Assembly: GCA_964551945.1 (NCBI GenBank)
Contig: CAZKFH010000004.1
Span: 30,435 to 94,434, forward strand
DNA length: 64,000 nucleotides
From: an uncultured Actinomycetes bacterium
GTDB taxonomy: Bacteria; Actinomycetota; UBA4738; CALAEC01
Direction: 5' to 3'
The first letter of the stretch is position 1. Every line of letters begins with the position of its first letter. This document shows, in pieces, positions 45,849 through 54,651 of this stretch. A program made the translations under genes and the position numbers. Under the pieces are notes generated by a model, which saw only the letters and a list, made by a program, of their open reading frames with translations, had not been told where the DNA came from and searched no databases.

Positions 45849-47034
45849 TCACGCGCTTGCCGGGCCGCTCCTTCTCGGCGAATCTGACCTCCAACCCGTC
45901 GTCCACGAACCGCGCCTGCTTCACCTCGAGGCGCTGAAGGGCTTGCGGCAGGATGAGGTTCCGCTTGTACGAGCCCACCCGGATGTAGAGCTCCTCCCCC
46001 TTGCGATGGATGTCGAGGTTCCCGCGCTCCGCGAACGGCAGATGCATCGAGAGCACGTAGAACGACCCTCGCTTCTTCACGACGATGGGGTTGTCCACGT
46101 ACATGATCGCCGTCCCGTCCTGGTCGCCGTAGACCTCCTCGCCCATGCGCTCGAGGAGCTCGAAGCCCACCATCTCCTGCTCGAAGAGCTTCGCGCGCAG
46201 GATGGGCACGGGCGCGAATGACTCCTCGATCGTCTCGAGGTGCTCGGCATGGATCTCCTTCCACTTCCGGAAGTACGAGTCCGTGACCTCGTCCGGGATG
46301 ATGCGGTTGGCGATGACCGCGTCCACGCGGTAGCCGAACAGGGAGAGGTAGGTGTACGTGCGCCGTGCCTCCGCGATCACCATCTTCTCGGGGTTGACCA
46401 CGAGGCGGACCGAGGCGTTCTTCTCGTCGGTCAGCAGTTTCCGGACGGACTCCAGGTTGCGGTGCAGGCGTCCGACGGCCGCGAAGATCCGGTCGTCCGG
46501 GATCGGCATCGACGTCATCTTCGTGAGCATCGGCCGGATCGTTTTCGTCACGCTGCGTTGGATCGGGAAGATCCGCTCGATGTACCAGTTCATGACCTCG
46601 GGCAGCGAGAGGAGCCGAAGCGTCTCCGCCGTCGGCGCGCAGTCCACGATCAGCACGTCGTACTTGCCGCTCGCGGCGTGGAGCCGCATGTCCGTGAGAC
46701 TGAAGATCTCGTCGAGCCCCGGGATGACCGACAGCTCCTCGGCCTCGACGCTGTCCACGCCCATCCAGTTGAGGAGCGAGACAACGTGCTCCTGGATGTC
46801 GCGGTAGTTCGCCTCCAACCTGGCCTGGGCGTCGATCTGCTCCGCCCAGAGGTTCGGTGTGATCTCGGTGGATTCGTCCGCGAGCGGCACCCCGAAGGAG
46901 TCGGCCAGCGAGTGCGCCGGATCGGTGCTGGTGACCAGGGTGCGGAGCCCCTTGCGGGCGGCCCGCAGGGCAGTGGCCGCGGCGACGGTCGTCTTGCCGA
47001 CACCCCCCTTCCCCGTGAACAGCATGATCCGCAC
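45832..47034 (-). CDS. ArsA/GET3-family anion-transporting-type ATPase
   Basis: 3' part of listed 642-aa ORF; start GTG 47034 or ATG 47025. Deviant Walker A FTGKGGVGKTT plus DTAPTGHT-like (DCAPTAETLRL) switch region. Confidence 0.7.
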   Translation of the reverse strand: MRIMLFTGKGGVGKTTVAAATALRAARKGLRTLVTSTDPAHSLADSFGVPLADESTEITPNLWAEQIDAQARLEANYRDIQEHVVSLLNWMGVDSVEAEELSVIPGLDEIFSLTDMRLHAASGKYDVLIVDCAPTAETLRLLSLPEVMNWYIERIFPIQRSVTKTIRPMLTKMTSMPIPDDRIFAAVGRLHRNLESVRKLLTDEKNASVRLVVNPEKMVIAEARRTYTYLSLFGYRVDAVIANRIIPDEVTDSYFRKWKEIHAEHLETIEESFAPVPILRAKLFEQEMVGFELLERMGEEVYGDQDGTAIMYVDNPIVVKKRGSFYVLSMHLPFAERGNLDIHRKGEELYIRVGSYKRNLILPQALQRLEVKQARFVDDGLEVRFAEKERPGKRVSAGRG

Positions 47035-47060
47035 AGCCCCATCGTACCGGCGACGAGCCT

Positions 47061-47501
47061 TCAGCCCAGCTCGACTCGCTTCTTCAGTCCCTCCAAGGCG
47101 GTCTTGATCGCCCGCTTGTCTGCCTGACGCTTGAGGAATCCCGGGACGGGCACCCCGAGCTCGACCGTGAGCCGGTAGGTGACCTCGGTGTCGCCGTTGA
47201 GCGGGTCCAGGACGTATTCGCCCTGCACATCCTTGACGGCTCCGCTGGCCTCGAGCGTCGTCCACTTCACGCCGCGGTCGTCGGGCTCGTATTCGTAGCG
47301 CAGTGTGTAGGAGGCAGTGAATCCCATCGCGGAGAACTCGAACCCCACCTCGACTGGTCGGTCCCCGTCCCCGCGCGTGCGGACCTCGGCGCTCTTGATC
47401 CCATCCACCCAATCCGGGTACGCGTCGAAGTCCGCAATGATCGCCATGATCTCCGAGGCGCTCGCGTCGATCTCCGTCGTGCCCTGCGTCTGCTCGGCCA
47501 T
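47061..47501 (-). CDS. SRPBCC (polyketide cyclase/dehydrase-like) domain protein
   Basis: 146 aa; helix-grip fold signature (ASEIMAIIADFDAYPDW). Confidence 0.65.
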   Translation of the reverse strand: MAEQTQGTTEIDASASEIMAIIADFDAYPDWVDGIKSAEVRTRGDGDRPVEVGFEFSAMGFTASYTLRYEYEPDDRGVKWTTLEASGAVKDVQGEYVLDPLNGDTEVTYRLTVELGVPVPGFLKRQADKRAIKTALEGLKKRVELG

Positions 47502-47522
47502 GTATGTGCTCCTCTCTCTGCG

Positions 47523-48290
47523 CTAACCGCCGGTATCGTGCACCCACGGACGTCCGGTCGCTCGGAAGTGGCCCACGTTGATGAGCTCGGTCCGTCCCAT
47601 CGTCATGCGGTTGACGAGCGGCTGGTGGACGTGACCGAAGTAGGACCGGCGCGGCCCGTGGCGCTGGATGTAGCCGATGAGACCCGTCGAGCCCGGCTCG
47701 AAACGCTTCCCGAGCACGTCGTAGACGAGCCACGGGATCCGCGGAGGCTGATGCGTGCACACGACGTCGACCGAGCCGAGGGCCTCCAGCTTCGCGTCGT
47801 AGACGTCCTCCTCCACCTCGCCCGCGGTGTGCAGCGGCGTCCGCATCCCGCCGCCGACGATGCCGATGCGCTCCCCGTCCAGCTCGAGGACCTCGCCGTC
47901 CACGAAGCGCACACCCGGGCGCTCGAACGATCGGAGGAGATCGGGGATATCGACGTTACCGAACGTCACGAACGACTGGTCGGGAAGAGCATCGAAGACC
48001 GCCGCGTATTCCTTGTTCGCCTTCTCCACGAACGCGGCCCGGACGTCGCCCTCATCGAGCTGTCTGCTCCGGATGACGGAGCGAGCTTCCTCGTACCGTC
48101 CGCGCGCCCGCAGGCCGGCGGCTTCCGCGACACTCTCCTTGCCGAAGATCTCCACAAGGATCCCGTCCATCGTGTGGTAGTCGAGGACGTTGATGAGGTC
48201 GCCGAGCACCAGGAGAGCGTCGCATCCCCGCCCAGCTTCCTCGAGGTGCCAGGTTGCCCCATGCAGGTCCGAGATGATGTGAAGGCGCAC
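47523..48290 (-). CDS. Calcineurin-like metallophosphoesterase
   Basis: 255 aa; LHIISDLHG, LVLGDL, GNVD, GHVH metal-ligand motifs. Confidence 0.7.
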   Translation of the reverse strand: MRLHIISDLHGATWHLEEAGRGCDALLVLGDLINVLDYHTMDGILVEIFGKESVAEAAGLRARGRYEEARSVIRSRQLDEGDVRAAFVEKANKEYAAVFDALPDQSFVTFGNVDIPDLLRSFERPGVRFVDGEVLELDGERIGIVGGGMRTPLHTAGEVEEDVYDAKLEALGSVDVVCTHQPPRIPWLVYDVLGKRFEPGSTGLIGYIQRHGPRRSYFGHVHQPLVNRMTMGRTELINVGHFRATGRPWVHDTGG

Positions 48291-48322
48291 AGACGTTCCA
48301 TAGCACGCCGAACGTCAGTCGC

Positions 48323-49075
48323 TCAACCGCGCGCTCCCATGGCACCGATCACGACCACCGCGAGCGACGCCAGCATCAGCCCGATCCCTCCATACATCAG
48401 CACTCGCGACGGCAGCAGCGGCGGCTCGCCGTTCGCCGCGCGACCCGCGTCGAGCGTGGACACGACGTAGATCGCCGCAGCGGCGCCAAGGGACAGGAGC
48501 ATCAACATGAGGTAGAGCCCGCCGGACCCGCGCGTGACGGCACCGAGGGAGACCAGACCCGTCAGCATGGCGAATGTGAACACGACACCGCGGGCGATCC
48601 CCTCGCCCCGGCGGCCGACGAGGAAGTGACCGACACCCGGGAAGAACAGCGAGAACATCGCCGCTCGACCGGGATCCACCTCGATCTTGTCTTCTGGCTC
48701 CTGCAGGACCTGACGGAACGGTGTCCCACACGCCGAGCAGATCGGGTTGTCGATCGGGTTCTCCGTGGCGCACGTGGGGCAGGCCCACACGATGCGGTCG
48801 CCACGGGAGAGGATCATCCGCTCCCCCAGCCCCTGCGCAGGCTTGGTGGGCGAGGCCGGCCGAGTCTCCCGCTCAGACAGCGGCTCTGCTACACGTCCGA
48901 CCCCCATCCCTCCGTCGGTCCCCTTGCTAGTCCGCTGGGGAGCCGAACTCGCTGTCGACTCGGCCGGCCCCACCTCCCCTTCTTCGCCCTGGTCGAGGCG
49001 GGTGAAGCATTGAGTGCACCATTCGGCGTCGGCGCCGACAAGTCCCCCGCAGTTCGGGCAGCGGAGAGCGCTCAC
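48323..49075 (-). CDS. Membrane protein with N-terminal double zinc ribbon
   Basis: CPNCGG...C.QC and CPTCATENP...CSACG ribbons followed by 3-4 TM helices. Confidence 0.5.
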   Translation of the reverse strand: MSALRCPNCGGLVGADAEWCTQCFTRLDQGEEGEVGPAESTASSAPQRTSKGTDGGMGVGRVAEPLSERETRPASPTKPAQGLGERMILSRGDRIVWACPTCATENPIDNPICSACGTPFRQVLQEPEDKIEVDPGRAAMFSLFFPGVGHFLVGRRGEGIARGVVFTFAMLTGLVSLGAVTRGSGGLYLMLMLLSLGAAAAIYVVSTLDAGRAANGEPPLLPSRVLMYGGIGLMLASLAVVVIGAMGARG

Positions 49076-49452
49076 GAGTTGCCCTCGAGGCGTCGCTTCA
49101 GCCCCACGAGCCCGCGACGTATGGCGCCTCGCATCGCGAGCAGGCGACGCGGCGCCCGACGGCGGTGGGCATCGATCTCGAGGAACGCGTTCACGATGGT
49201 TCCGTCATCGAAAGGCTCCAAGTACCACTCCAGTACCTCATCCCTCGATACGAGATGGAGGCCAACATGGTTACGGTGCCGATCCGCCGCCATACGTGCC
49301 GGACTTCGTCGCAGCGGGATCCCGATCCCCTCGGCACTCTCCTCCGTCCCCGGCCACCACGCTGGGTAGGAATGGAGGTCCGCGAGTACCTCGTATACCT
49401 GGGCCGGAGGCGCACCGACGAAACCTTGGTCGTGCGAGCGGATACGCGGCAT
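49072..49452 (-). CDS. SRPBCC-family protein
   Basis: 3' 126 aa of listed ORF 49072..49653 (MPRIRSHDQGFVGAPPAQVYEVLADLHSYPAWWPG...); ATG 49452. Confidence 0.55.
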   Translation of the reverse strand: MPRIRSHDQGFVGAPPAQVYEVLADLHSYPAWWPGTEESAEGIGIPLRRSPARMAADRHRNHVGLHLVSRDEVLEWYLEPFDDGTIVNAFLEIDAHRRRAPRRLLAMRGAIRRGLVGLKRRLEGNS

Positions 49453-49608
49453 CAGGTGACCCGCCGAAGCGCCGTCATCACGACGAGCGCGACCGTGCCG
49501 AGGATCAGCAGGGCAAGGATGACTTGTGCTGGAGAGACACGGCGCACGTCCAGCGATTCTCGCACGCTCGCACACTCCTCTCTCCTGTTTGGCGGATACC
49601 CTCGCCGG

Positions 49609-50178
49609 GTGTCGCTTCGAGACCGGGAGATCGGCGGACGGATCCTTCCGCATCTGCGCCCGGGCTGGGACGTGCTCGACCTCGGCTCCGGAACGGGCCG
49701 GCTGATGCGCTGGCTCATGTCCAGGGTGGACATCCGTCCGACGCTCACCGACGTCGTCGAGTTCGAGAACCGGGTTGGAGGGTTTCCATACGTCCGCATG
49801 GATGATCCCCTTTCAACCCCGTTCGAGGATCGCTCGTTCGACGCGGTCCTGATGCTGTTCGTCCTCCATCACGTCGCTCGATGGGAGGACCAGGAGGAGC
49901 TCCTCAGGGAAGCGGTCCGGATCGCACGCACTCGGGTGATCCTGATCGAGGACACACCACTGTCGGGAGTGGACCGCGTCTTCAACACGGCGTGGGACTG
50001 GGCCCTGAACCTGCGCCACGGCGTGCCGAAGCCGTTCTCTTTCCGAACCGTCGAGGGATGGCGCCAGGTCTTCCCCCGGGTGGGCCTCACCGAGACGGCG
50101 GCGGAGACGTACCGCCCTCTGTGGCCGACGCTCGGGACGTATCGTCACACCCTCTTCGTCCTCGACCGCTCCGGCTGA
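49609..50178 (+). CDS. Class I SAM-dependent methyltransferase
   Basis: 3' part of listed ORF 49165..50178; GTG 49609; motif I VLDLGSGTG, post-I acidic residue, motif II FDAVLM. Confidence 0.6.
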   Translation: MSLRDREIGGRILPHLRPGWDVLDLGSGTGRLMRWLMSRVDIRPTLTDVVEFENRVGGFPYVRMDDPLSTPFEDRSFDAVLMLFVLHHVARWEDQEELLREAVRIARTRVILIEDTPLSGVDRVFNTAWDWALNLRHGVPKPFSFRTVEGWRQVFPRVGLTETAAETYRPLWPTLGTYRHTLFVLDRSG

Positions 50179-50200
50179 CGGAATCACCCTGTTCGGGTGC

Positions 50201-51208
50201 TTGTTAGCCTGGATGATGGCCGTCGACTGGTACGAGGATCCCGCCGCCTTCGCGGCGCAAGACTGGACAGCGCTCGCTCTTGCCGATCCCGACGGCACCG
50301 CCTTCCACACGCCTGCCTTCCTGAAGCTCTACTGGGAGGAGTTCGGCTCGTCTGGCCTGCAGATCGCGGTCGTCAAGCGCGACGACGGCGAGCCGGTGGC
50401 GGCAGCGACCTTCGAGCTCAAGGATCGGCTGCTGACGTGGCTCGGCGGATTCGACGTCACCGACTACATGGGGCCGGTGGGCGGGCCCGAGCACCGCGGC
50501 TGGTCGGCGATCGAGCTGATGCGCGCCGTGGCGAGCCGAGATGACTGGTCGAAAGCGGACCTGGCGGGCATGCCAACACACGGAAAGTGGCTGGCGCCCC
50601 TCGCGGATGCGGCCGAGGAGACAGGCATGGCCGTGAGGGTGGAGCCGGTCGACGTCGCGCCGTTCATCCAGCTCCCCGACTCCTTTGACCTGTACCTCTC
50701 GAAGCTCGACGCGAAGCTGCGGCACGAGATCCGCCGGAAGGACCGCCGGCTGCGCCAGGCCCACCCTGACGTTCGGCTCGTCGACTCGACCCCCGAGACG
50801 ATCGCGCGAGACCTCGACCGGTTCATGGAGATGCACCGATCGAGCCGTGGCGAGAAGGGCCGGTTCATGGTGCCGGGGATGGAACTGTTCTTCCGCCGGA
50901 TCGGCTCGACGTTCATCGCCGACGGCACGTTTCGCCTCTCGTTCCTCGAGACGGAAGGCGTGAAGATCGCCGCGGCCGCGGGGTTCCGCTGGCGCGACCG
51001 CTTCCTCTTGTACAACTCGGCCTACGACCACGCGTACGCCCACGACGGCCCCGGGATGGTGCTCATCGCCGAGCTGATCAGATCCACGATCGAGGAGGGC
51101 TACCGTGGGTTCGACATGCTGAAGGGCGACCTGGCCTACAAGTACCGCTTCGGCGCACACGCACGAGGACTGGCACGGCTGCGCGCGCGCCCGCGGGGTG
51201 GCGAATGA
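50201..51208 (+). CDS. GNAT-fold protein of the FemAB/CelD-like (Acetyltransf_6) type
   Basis: 335 aa; two-lobed GNAT-like organisation with C-terminal ...GYRGFDMLKGD.AYKYRFGA... typical of PF13480. Confidence 0.55.
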   Translation: MLAWMMAVDWYEDPAAFAAQDWTALALADPDGTAFHTPAFLKLYWEEFGSSGLQIAVVKRDDGEPVAAATFELKDRLLTWLGGFDVTDYMGPVGGPEHRGWSAIELMRAVASRDDWSKADLAGMPTHGKWLAPLADAAEETGMAVRVEPVDVAPFIQLPDSFDLYLSKLDAKLRHEIRRKDRRLRQAHPDVRLVDSTPETIARDLDRFMEMHRSSRGEKGRFMVPGMELFFRRIGSTFIADGTFRLSFLETEGVKIAAAAGFRWRDRFLLYNSAYDHAYAHDGPGMVLIAELIRSTIEEGYRGFDMLKGDLAYKYRFGAHARGLARLRARPRGGE

Positions 51209-52062
51209 GCGGGATGGCGGACGAGATCACCGCCCTCGAGCAGGGCACCGCATTCGTCAACCTGTCCTCGTGGTGGAAGGTCGGCGTCGAGGGCACGGAT
51301 GCCGGTGGGTGGCTGAACGACCTCCTGTCCGCGGAGCTCTCCGAGATCGCGAGTGGGGAAAGCCGTGGGTCACTGCTGCTCACCCCGACCGGGAGGATCC
51401 GCGCCGTGGTGACCGTGACCCTGTTCGAGGACGGCTACCTCCTGGTCCAGGATCCGGCGCAGCCCTCGCGGATCGACCGCCTCCTCGACCCCTACGTCCT
51501 GTCGTCCGACGTCACCCTGCGAGACCGGACCGAGGAGCTCGGCCTGTTCGCCTTCCCCAACCACGCGGCGCCGCCGGTCGCGGGTGCGGCCTCGTATGCC
51601 CCCTCCGCGTTGGGACCGGGCACCGATGTGCTCACCCGTCCTGGTGCCGCTCCCTCGGACCTCGTCGAGGCGGGCCCCGAGTCCGTGGAGCAGTGGCGGA
51701 TCGGCGGCGGGATCGCGAGGTTCGCGGTCGACCTCCGAACCGACTCCCTGCCGCACGAGGCGGATGTCGGAGAGATGATCGCCTACGGAAAGGGTTGCTT
51801 CCTCGGGCAAGAAGCGGTTGCTCGGGTGCGGAACCTCGGCCATCCGCCGTTCGTGCTCCTTGCAGCGGACGCGGCTGCACCCGTAACGGTCGGCGAGGCC
51901 ATCGTGGCCGATGGGCGGGAAGCCGGGACCGTGACGAGCGCCGGCGGTGACGACTCGCGCACCGCGCTGATCGCTCGTGTCAGATGGGCGTTGAAGGACT
52001 CGCCCCTGAAGACCTCTGCGGGGGTCGGGCTGGTGACTCGAGGACCGGCGTCAGCCGCGTGA
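51205..52062 (+). CDS. ygfZ: Folate-binding YgfZ/GcvT-like protein
   Basis: 285 aa; conserved KGCFLGQE motif of the YgfZ family; ATGA overlap with the upstream gene. Confidence 0.7.
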   Translation: MSGMADEITALEQGTAFVNLSSWWKVGVEGTDAGGWLNDLLSAELSEIASGESRGSLLLTPTGRIRAVVTVTLFEDGYLLVQDPAQPSRIDRLLDPYVLSSDVTLRDRTEELGLFAFPNHAAPPVAGAASYAPSALGPGTDVLTRPGAAPSDLVEAGPESVEQWRIGGGIARFAVDLRTDSLPHEADVGEMIAYGKGCFLGQEAVARVRNLGHPPFVLLAADAAAPVTVGEAIVADGREAGTVTSAGGDDSRTALIARVRWALKDSPLKTSAGVGLVTRGPASAA

Positions 52063-53154
52063 GCGACGTCGCGGTCTGCTCGCCGACGACTTGCGGACGG
52101 GGCGCCTCGTGGTGCGCTTTCGGCTCGCCTTCTTGACCGTCTTGGCCCTGCCTCTCCTTGGAGCCGCACGCTTGGCCCTCGGCGTCGTGGTCTCGCCGTC
52201 CGCGTCCCGTCCCGGGTCTGGTCGCCAACCGAGGTTGGTAGCGAGGGAGTTTAGTGGGGTCACCTGCCGGGTCTGCACGTCGAAGCTCCAGTTCGCCGTC
52301 TGACGCCGCCCCCGGTGATCGAACACGAGACGCACCCGCCACTCGCGGCCGTTGGGACGGAACGCCGTGAACCCGTCCTCCATCACATCTTCCGGCGAGC
52401 GGATGCCGCGCGCTCGCAGGTTCTCCAGGAGGGCCTCGCCGATCGTGACCCCGGACATCCCCAGCCGAGCGCGCTCTTGGCGACGCGTCAACATCTGCCG
52501 CACGATGCCCCGCCGCTCTTCCTGGATCGGCTCGGCGAGATAGCGGACCCAGTCGAGGGGGGTCCCGGCGGTGTTCGCGACCGAACGGATGCCCCGGCCC
52601 GAGCGGATGAGCGCCTGGATCTCCGCGGGCGACAGCTTGGATCGAGCCGGGATCTCCGGCTTCTCGGTCCTCGGACGGATCCGCTCGATGTTCGCGACGG
52701 TCGCTTCCGAAAGCTCGACCTCCGGCTCGGTCAGGCCCACGGAGGGATGGCCTTGCTGCTGCGTCCCGATGCCGGGGAGCCGCTGTGGCTCGGCCTCCTG
52801 ACCGGGAGGGATCGGGATGTCGATCTGGTCGGACGCGACGACGCCGATCTGCGCGGGAGCGCCGAGGTCAGCAGCATCCGGCTCGCCCGCGTCCGGGTCC
52901 GGCGCGGGAGCCAGCAAACGCGCGGGCGGCTCCTCGGTGGGCACCGAAGCCAGGACCGGTGCCGACGGCGTGGCCAGCTTCCGCTTCGCGTCACGAGTCT
53001 GCTGGAACTCGTCGATCAGCTTGAGGAGCTTGGCGCTGATCGGCACCTCCAGGCTACCGAACTTCGCGCCCTTCTTCTGCGCGAAGACGAGGCGCTTGCC
53101 GTCCTTGCTCGTGCCGACGAGATGGAGTCTCTTCACGGGCACGTATCCTGCCAC
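52051..53154 (-). CDS. sepH: SepH-like septation protein (DUF3071)
   Basis: 367 aa; N-terminal ...VKRLHLVGTSKDGKRLVFAQKKGAKFGSLEVPIS..., low-complexity middle, conserved C-terminal block, Arg/Lys-rich tail. Resembles actinobacterial SepH architecture; low-moderate confidence. Confidence 0.5.
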   Translation of the reverse strand: MAGYVPVKRLHLVGTSKDGKRLVFAQKKGAKFGSLEVPISAKLLKLIDEFQQTRDAKRKLATPSAPVLASVPTEEPPARLLAPAPDPDAGEPDAADLGAPAQIGVVASDQIDIPIPPGQEAEPQRLPGIGTQQQGHPSVGLTEPEVELSEATVANIERIRPRTEKPEIPARSKLSPAEIQALIRSGRGIRSVANTAGTPLDWVRYLAEPIQEERRGIVRQMLTRRQERARLGMSGVTIGEALLENLRARGIRSPEDVMEDGFTAFRPNGREWRVRLVFDHRGRRQTANWSFDVQTRQVTPLNSLATNLGWRPDPGRDADGETTTPRAKRAAPRRGRAKTVKKASRKRTTRRPVRKSSASRPRRRSRG

Positions 53155-53204
53155 GCGAACAGCTCGGCCATCATCGGTTCGGGCGTTTTCATCGGCCCCC
53201 GACG

Positions 53205-54365
53205 TTACAGGACGCCTGCCGCTCGAAGGGCCAAGACCTCCTCGGGGCCGAGCCCCAGGTCCTCGAGTACCTCATCGGTGTGCTGTCCGAGCCCCGGGGC
53301 GGAACGCAGCGTCCCGGCCTCGTGGCCCGAGACCTTGATCGCGGGCCCCGGACCCACGCGGGAGCCTCCCACCATGGCGACCAGCTCCCGGTGGATGGCG
53401 TGCGGGTCGGTAAGCGCCTCCGAGATGTCGTTCACGGGACCGACGCACGTGTCGAGATCGGCGAGCTCCTCAACCCATTCGTCGCGCGAGCGCGACGAGA
53501 ACGCCTCCGTCAGGCGCGTCGCGATCTCCTCCTGACGCGAGGGATCCAGGTGCAGCTCGATCAGCTCCGGGACCCCGAGCCGCTCGCACAGCGCGCGCCA
53601 GAACTGCGGCTCGAGGGCACCGACCGTCAGGAACTTGTGATCCCCGGCCGGGTACACGCGGTAGCAGGCCAGGCCACCGGACAGGGGCATCCGCCCGCGC
53701 TCGGGAACGGCTCCGGTCGCGAGGAACCAGGAGGAGAGCACCGCTCCCCACGACGTCACCACATCGAACATCGAGACGTCCACGAGCCGGCCTCGACCCG
53801 TCGCGGTGGCTTCGCGCAGCGCCGCGAGGATCCCGACCGCCGCCGCCATGGCCCCGCCGAAGTCGCCGACCTGTACAGAGGGCAGGATCGGCGGACCCTG
53901 CGCATCGCCGGTTGCATGCAGGACGCCCGCGTAGCCGGTGTAGTTGATGTCGTGGCCCGCACGGTCGCGGTAGGGGCCGTCCTGGCCGTAGCCCGTGAGG
54001 GCGCAATAGACGAGGCGGGGGTTCGCCTCCGCCAGCGCCTCGTACCCGACGCCGAGTCGCTCCATCACGCCGGGCCGGAAGGATTCGACGACTACGTCGG
54101 CGTTGCCGGCGAGCCGCTTCAGGATCGACACCCCTTCGGCCTCCTTCAGGTTGAGCGTCACGGACCGTTTTCCGCGGTTCAGCGCTCGATGCGCTGCGCC
54201 TTCGCCGTCAACGAGGGGAACGACCCAGCGGATGTAGTCGCCGCGGCCCGGCTCCTCGATCTTGACCACGTCGGCGCCGAGATCCACGAGAAGGAGCGTG
54301 CAGTAGTTGCCCGGGAGCAGTCTCGTGAGGTCGAGGACCCGAACGCCCTCGAGCGGTCCGCTCAC
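53205..54365 (-). CDS. CoA-transferase family III (CaiB/BaiF) protein
   Basis: 3' part of listed 531-aa ORF; GTG 54365 after GGAGGGGGA. LEGVRVLDLTRLLPG, catalytic-Asp region ...GDFGGAM..., SGHEAGTL C-terminus. Confidence 0.8.
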   Translation of the reverse strand: MSGPLEGVRVLDLTRLLPGNYCTLLLVDLGADVVKIEEPGRGDYIRWVVPLVDGEGAAHRALNRGKRSVTLNLKEAEGVSILKRLAGNADVVVESFRPGVMERLGVGYEALAEANPRLVYCALTGYGQDGPYRDRAGHDINYTGYAGVLHATGDAQGPPILPSVQVGDFGGAMAAAVGILAALREATATGRGRLVDVSMFDVVTSWGAVLSSWFLATGAVPERGRMPLSGGLACYRVYPAGDHKFLTVGALEPQFWRALCERLGVPELIELHLDPSRQEEIATRLTEAFSSRSRDEWVEELADLDTCVGPVNDISEALTDPHAIHRELVAMVGGSRVGPGPAIKVSGHEAGTLRSAPGLGQHTDEVLEDLGLGPEEVLALRAAGVL

Positions 54366-54616
54366 TCCCCCTCCAACGGGATCTCCTCGATCCGGTCCGA
54401 GGAGCCACACCAGCGACACGTCACGCGCTCGCGCTCCGCGTCCAGGACCTCCTCCTCCTCGATGCGGAGCTCTCCCGCCACCGTGTAGTGGTGATACGCG
54501 CGGGTGCGCCTGGATTCGATGACGTCGAAACGAGTCAGGTTGCCGCAGCTCGCACAGCGGAGCCGGGTGGTGGGGTCCATCCGCGAATTCTGCCACAGAC
54601 AGTTGTTCTCGAACAT
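54362..54616 (-). CDS. Small zinc-ribbon protein, predicted SOS-regulated
   Basis: Listed 54362..54640; start probably ATG 54616 (inside the LexA box) or 54580 (MDPTTRLRCASCGN...). Two CxxC pairs (CASCGN ... CRWCGS). Confidence 0.45.
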   Translation of the reverse strand: MFENNCLWQNSRMDPTTRLRCASCGNLTRFDVIESRRTRAYHHYTVAGELRIEEEEVLDAERERVTCRWCGSSDRIEEIPLEGE

Positions 54617-54624
54617 GTGTTCGA
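54609..54624. promoter_or_regulatory. LexA (SOS) operator TCGAAC-N4-GTTCGA in a divergent promoter region
   Basis: Perfect palindrome TCGAACATGTGTTCGA between the minus-strand Zn-ribbon ORF and the plus-strand DnaQ-GIY-YIG nuclease (start 54652). Confidence 0.65.
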
Positions 54625-54651
54625 GTATCCTCCCCGACACCGCCAGGGTTC

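Noticed and set aside
45832-47760. Full 642-aa reading of the ArsA-like ORF, and 53205..54800 / 55703..56992 long minus ORFs
   Set aside because: N-terminal extensions are R/G/A-rich with no homology-like features. Internal starts with RBS give proteins of canonical length.
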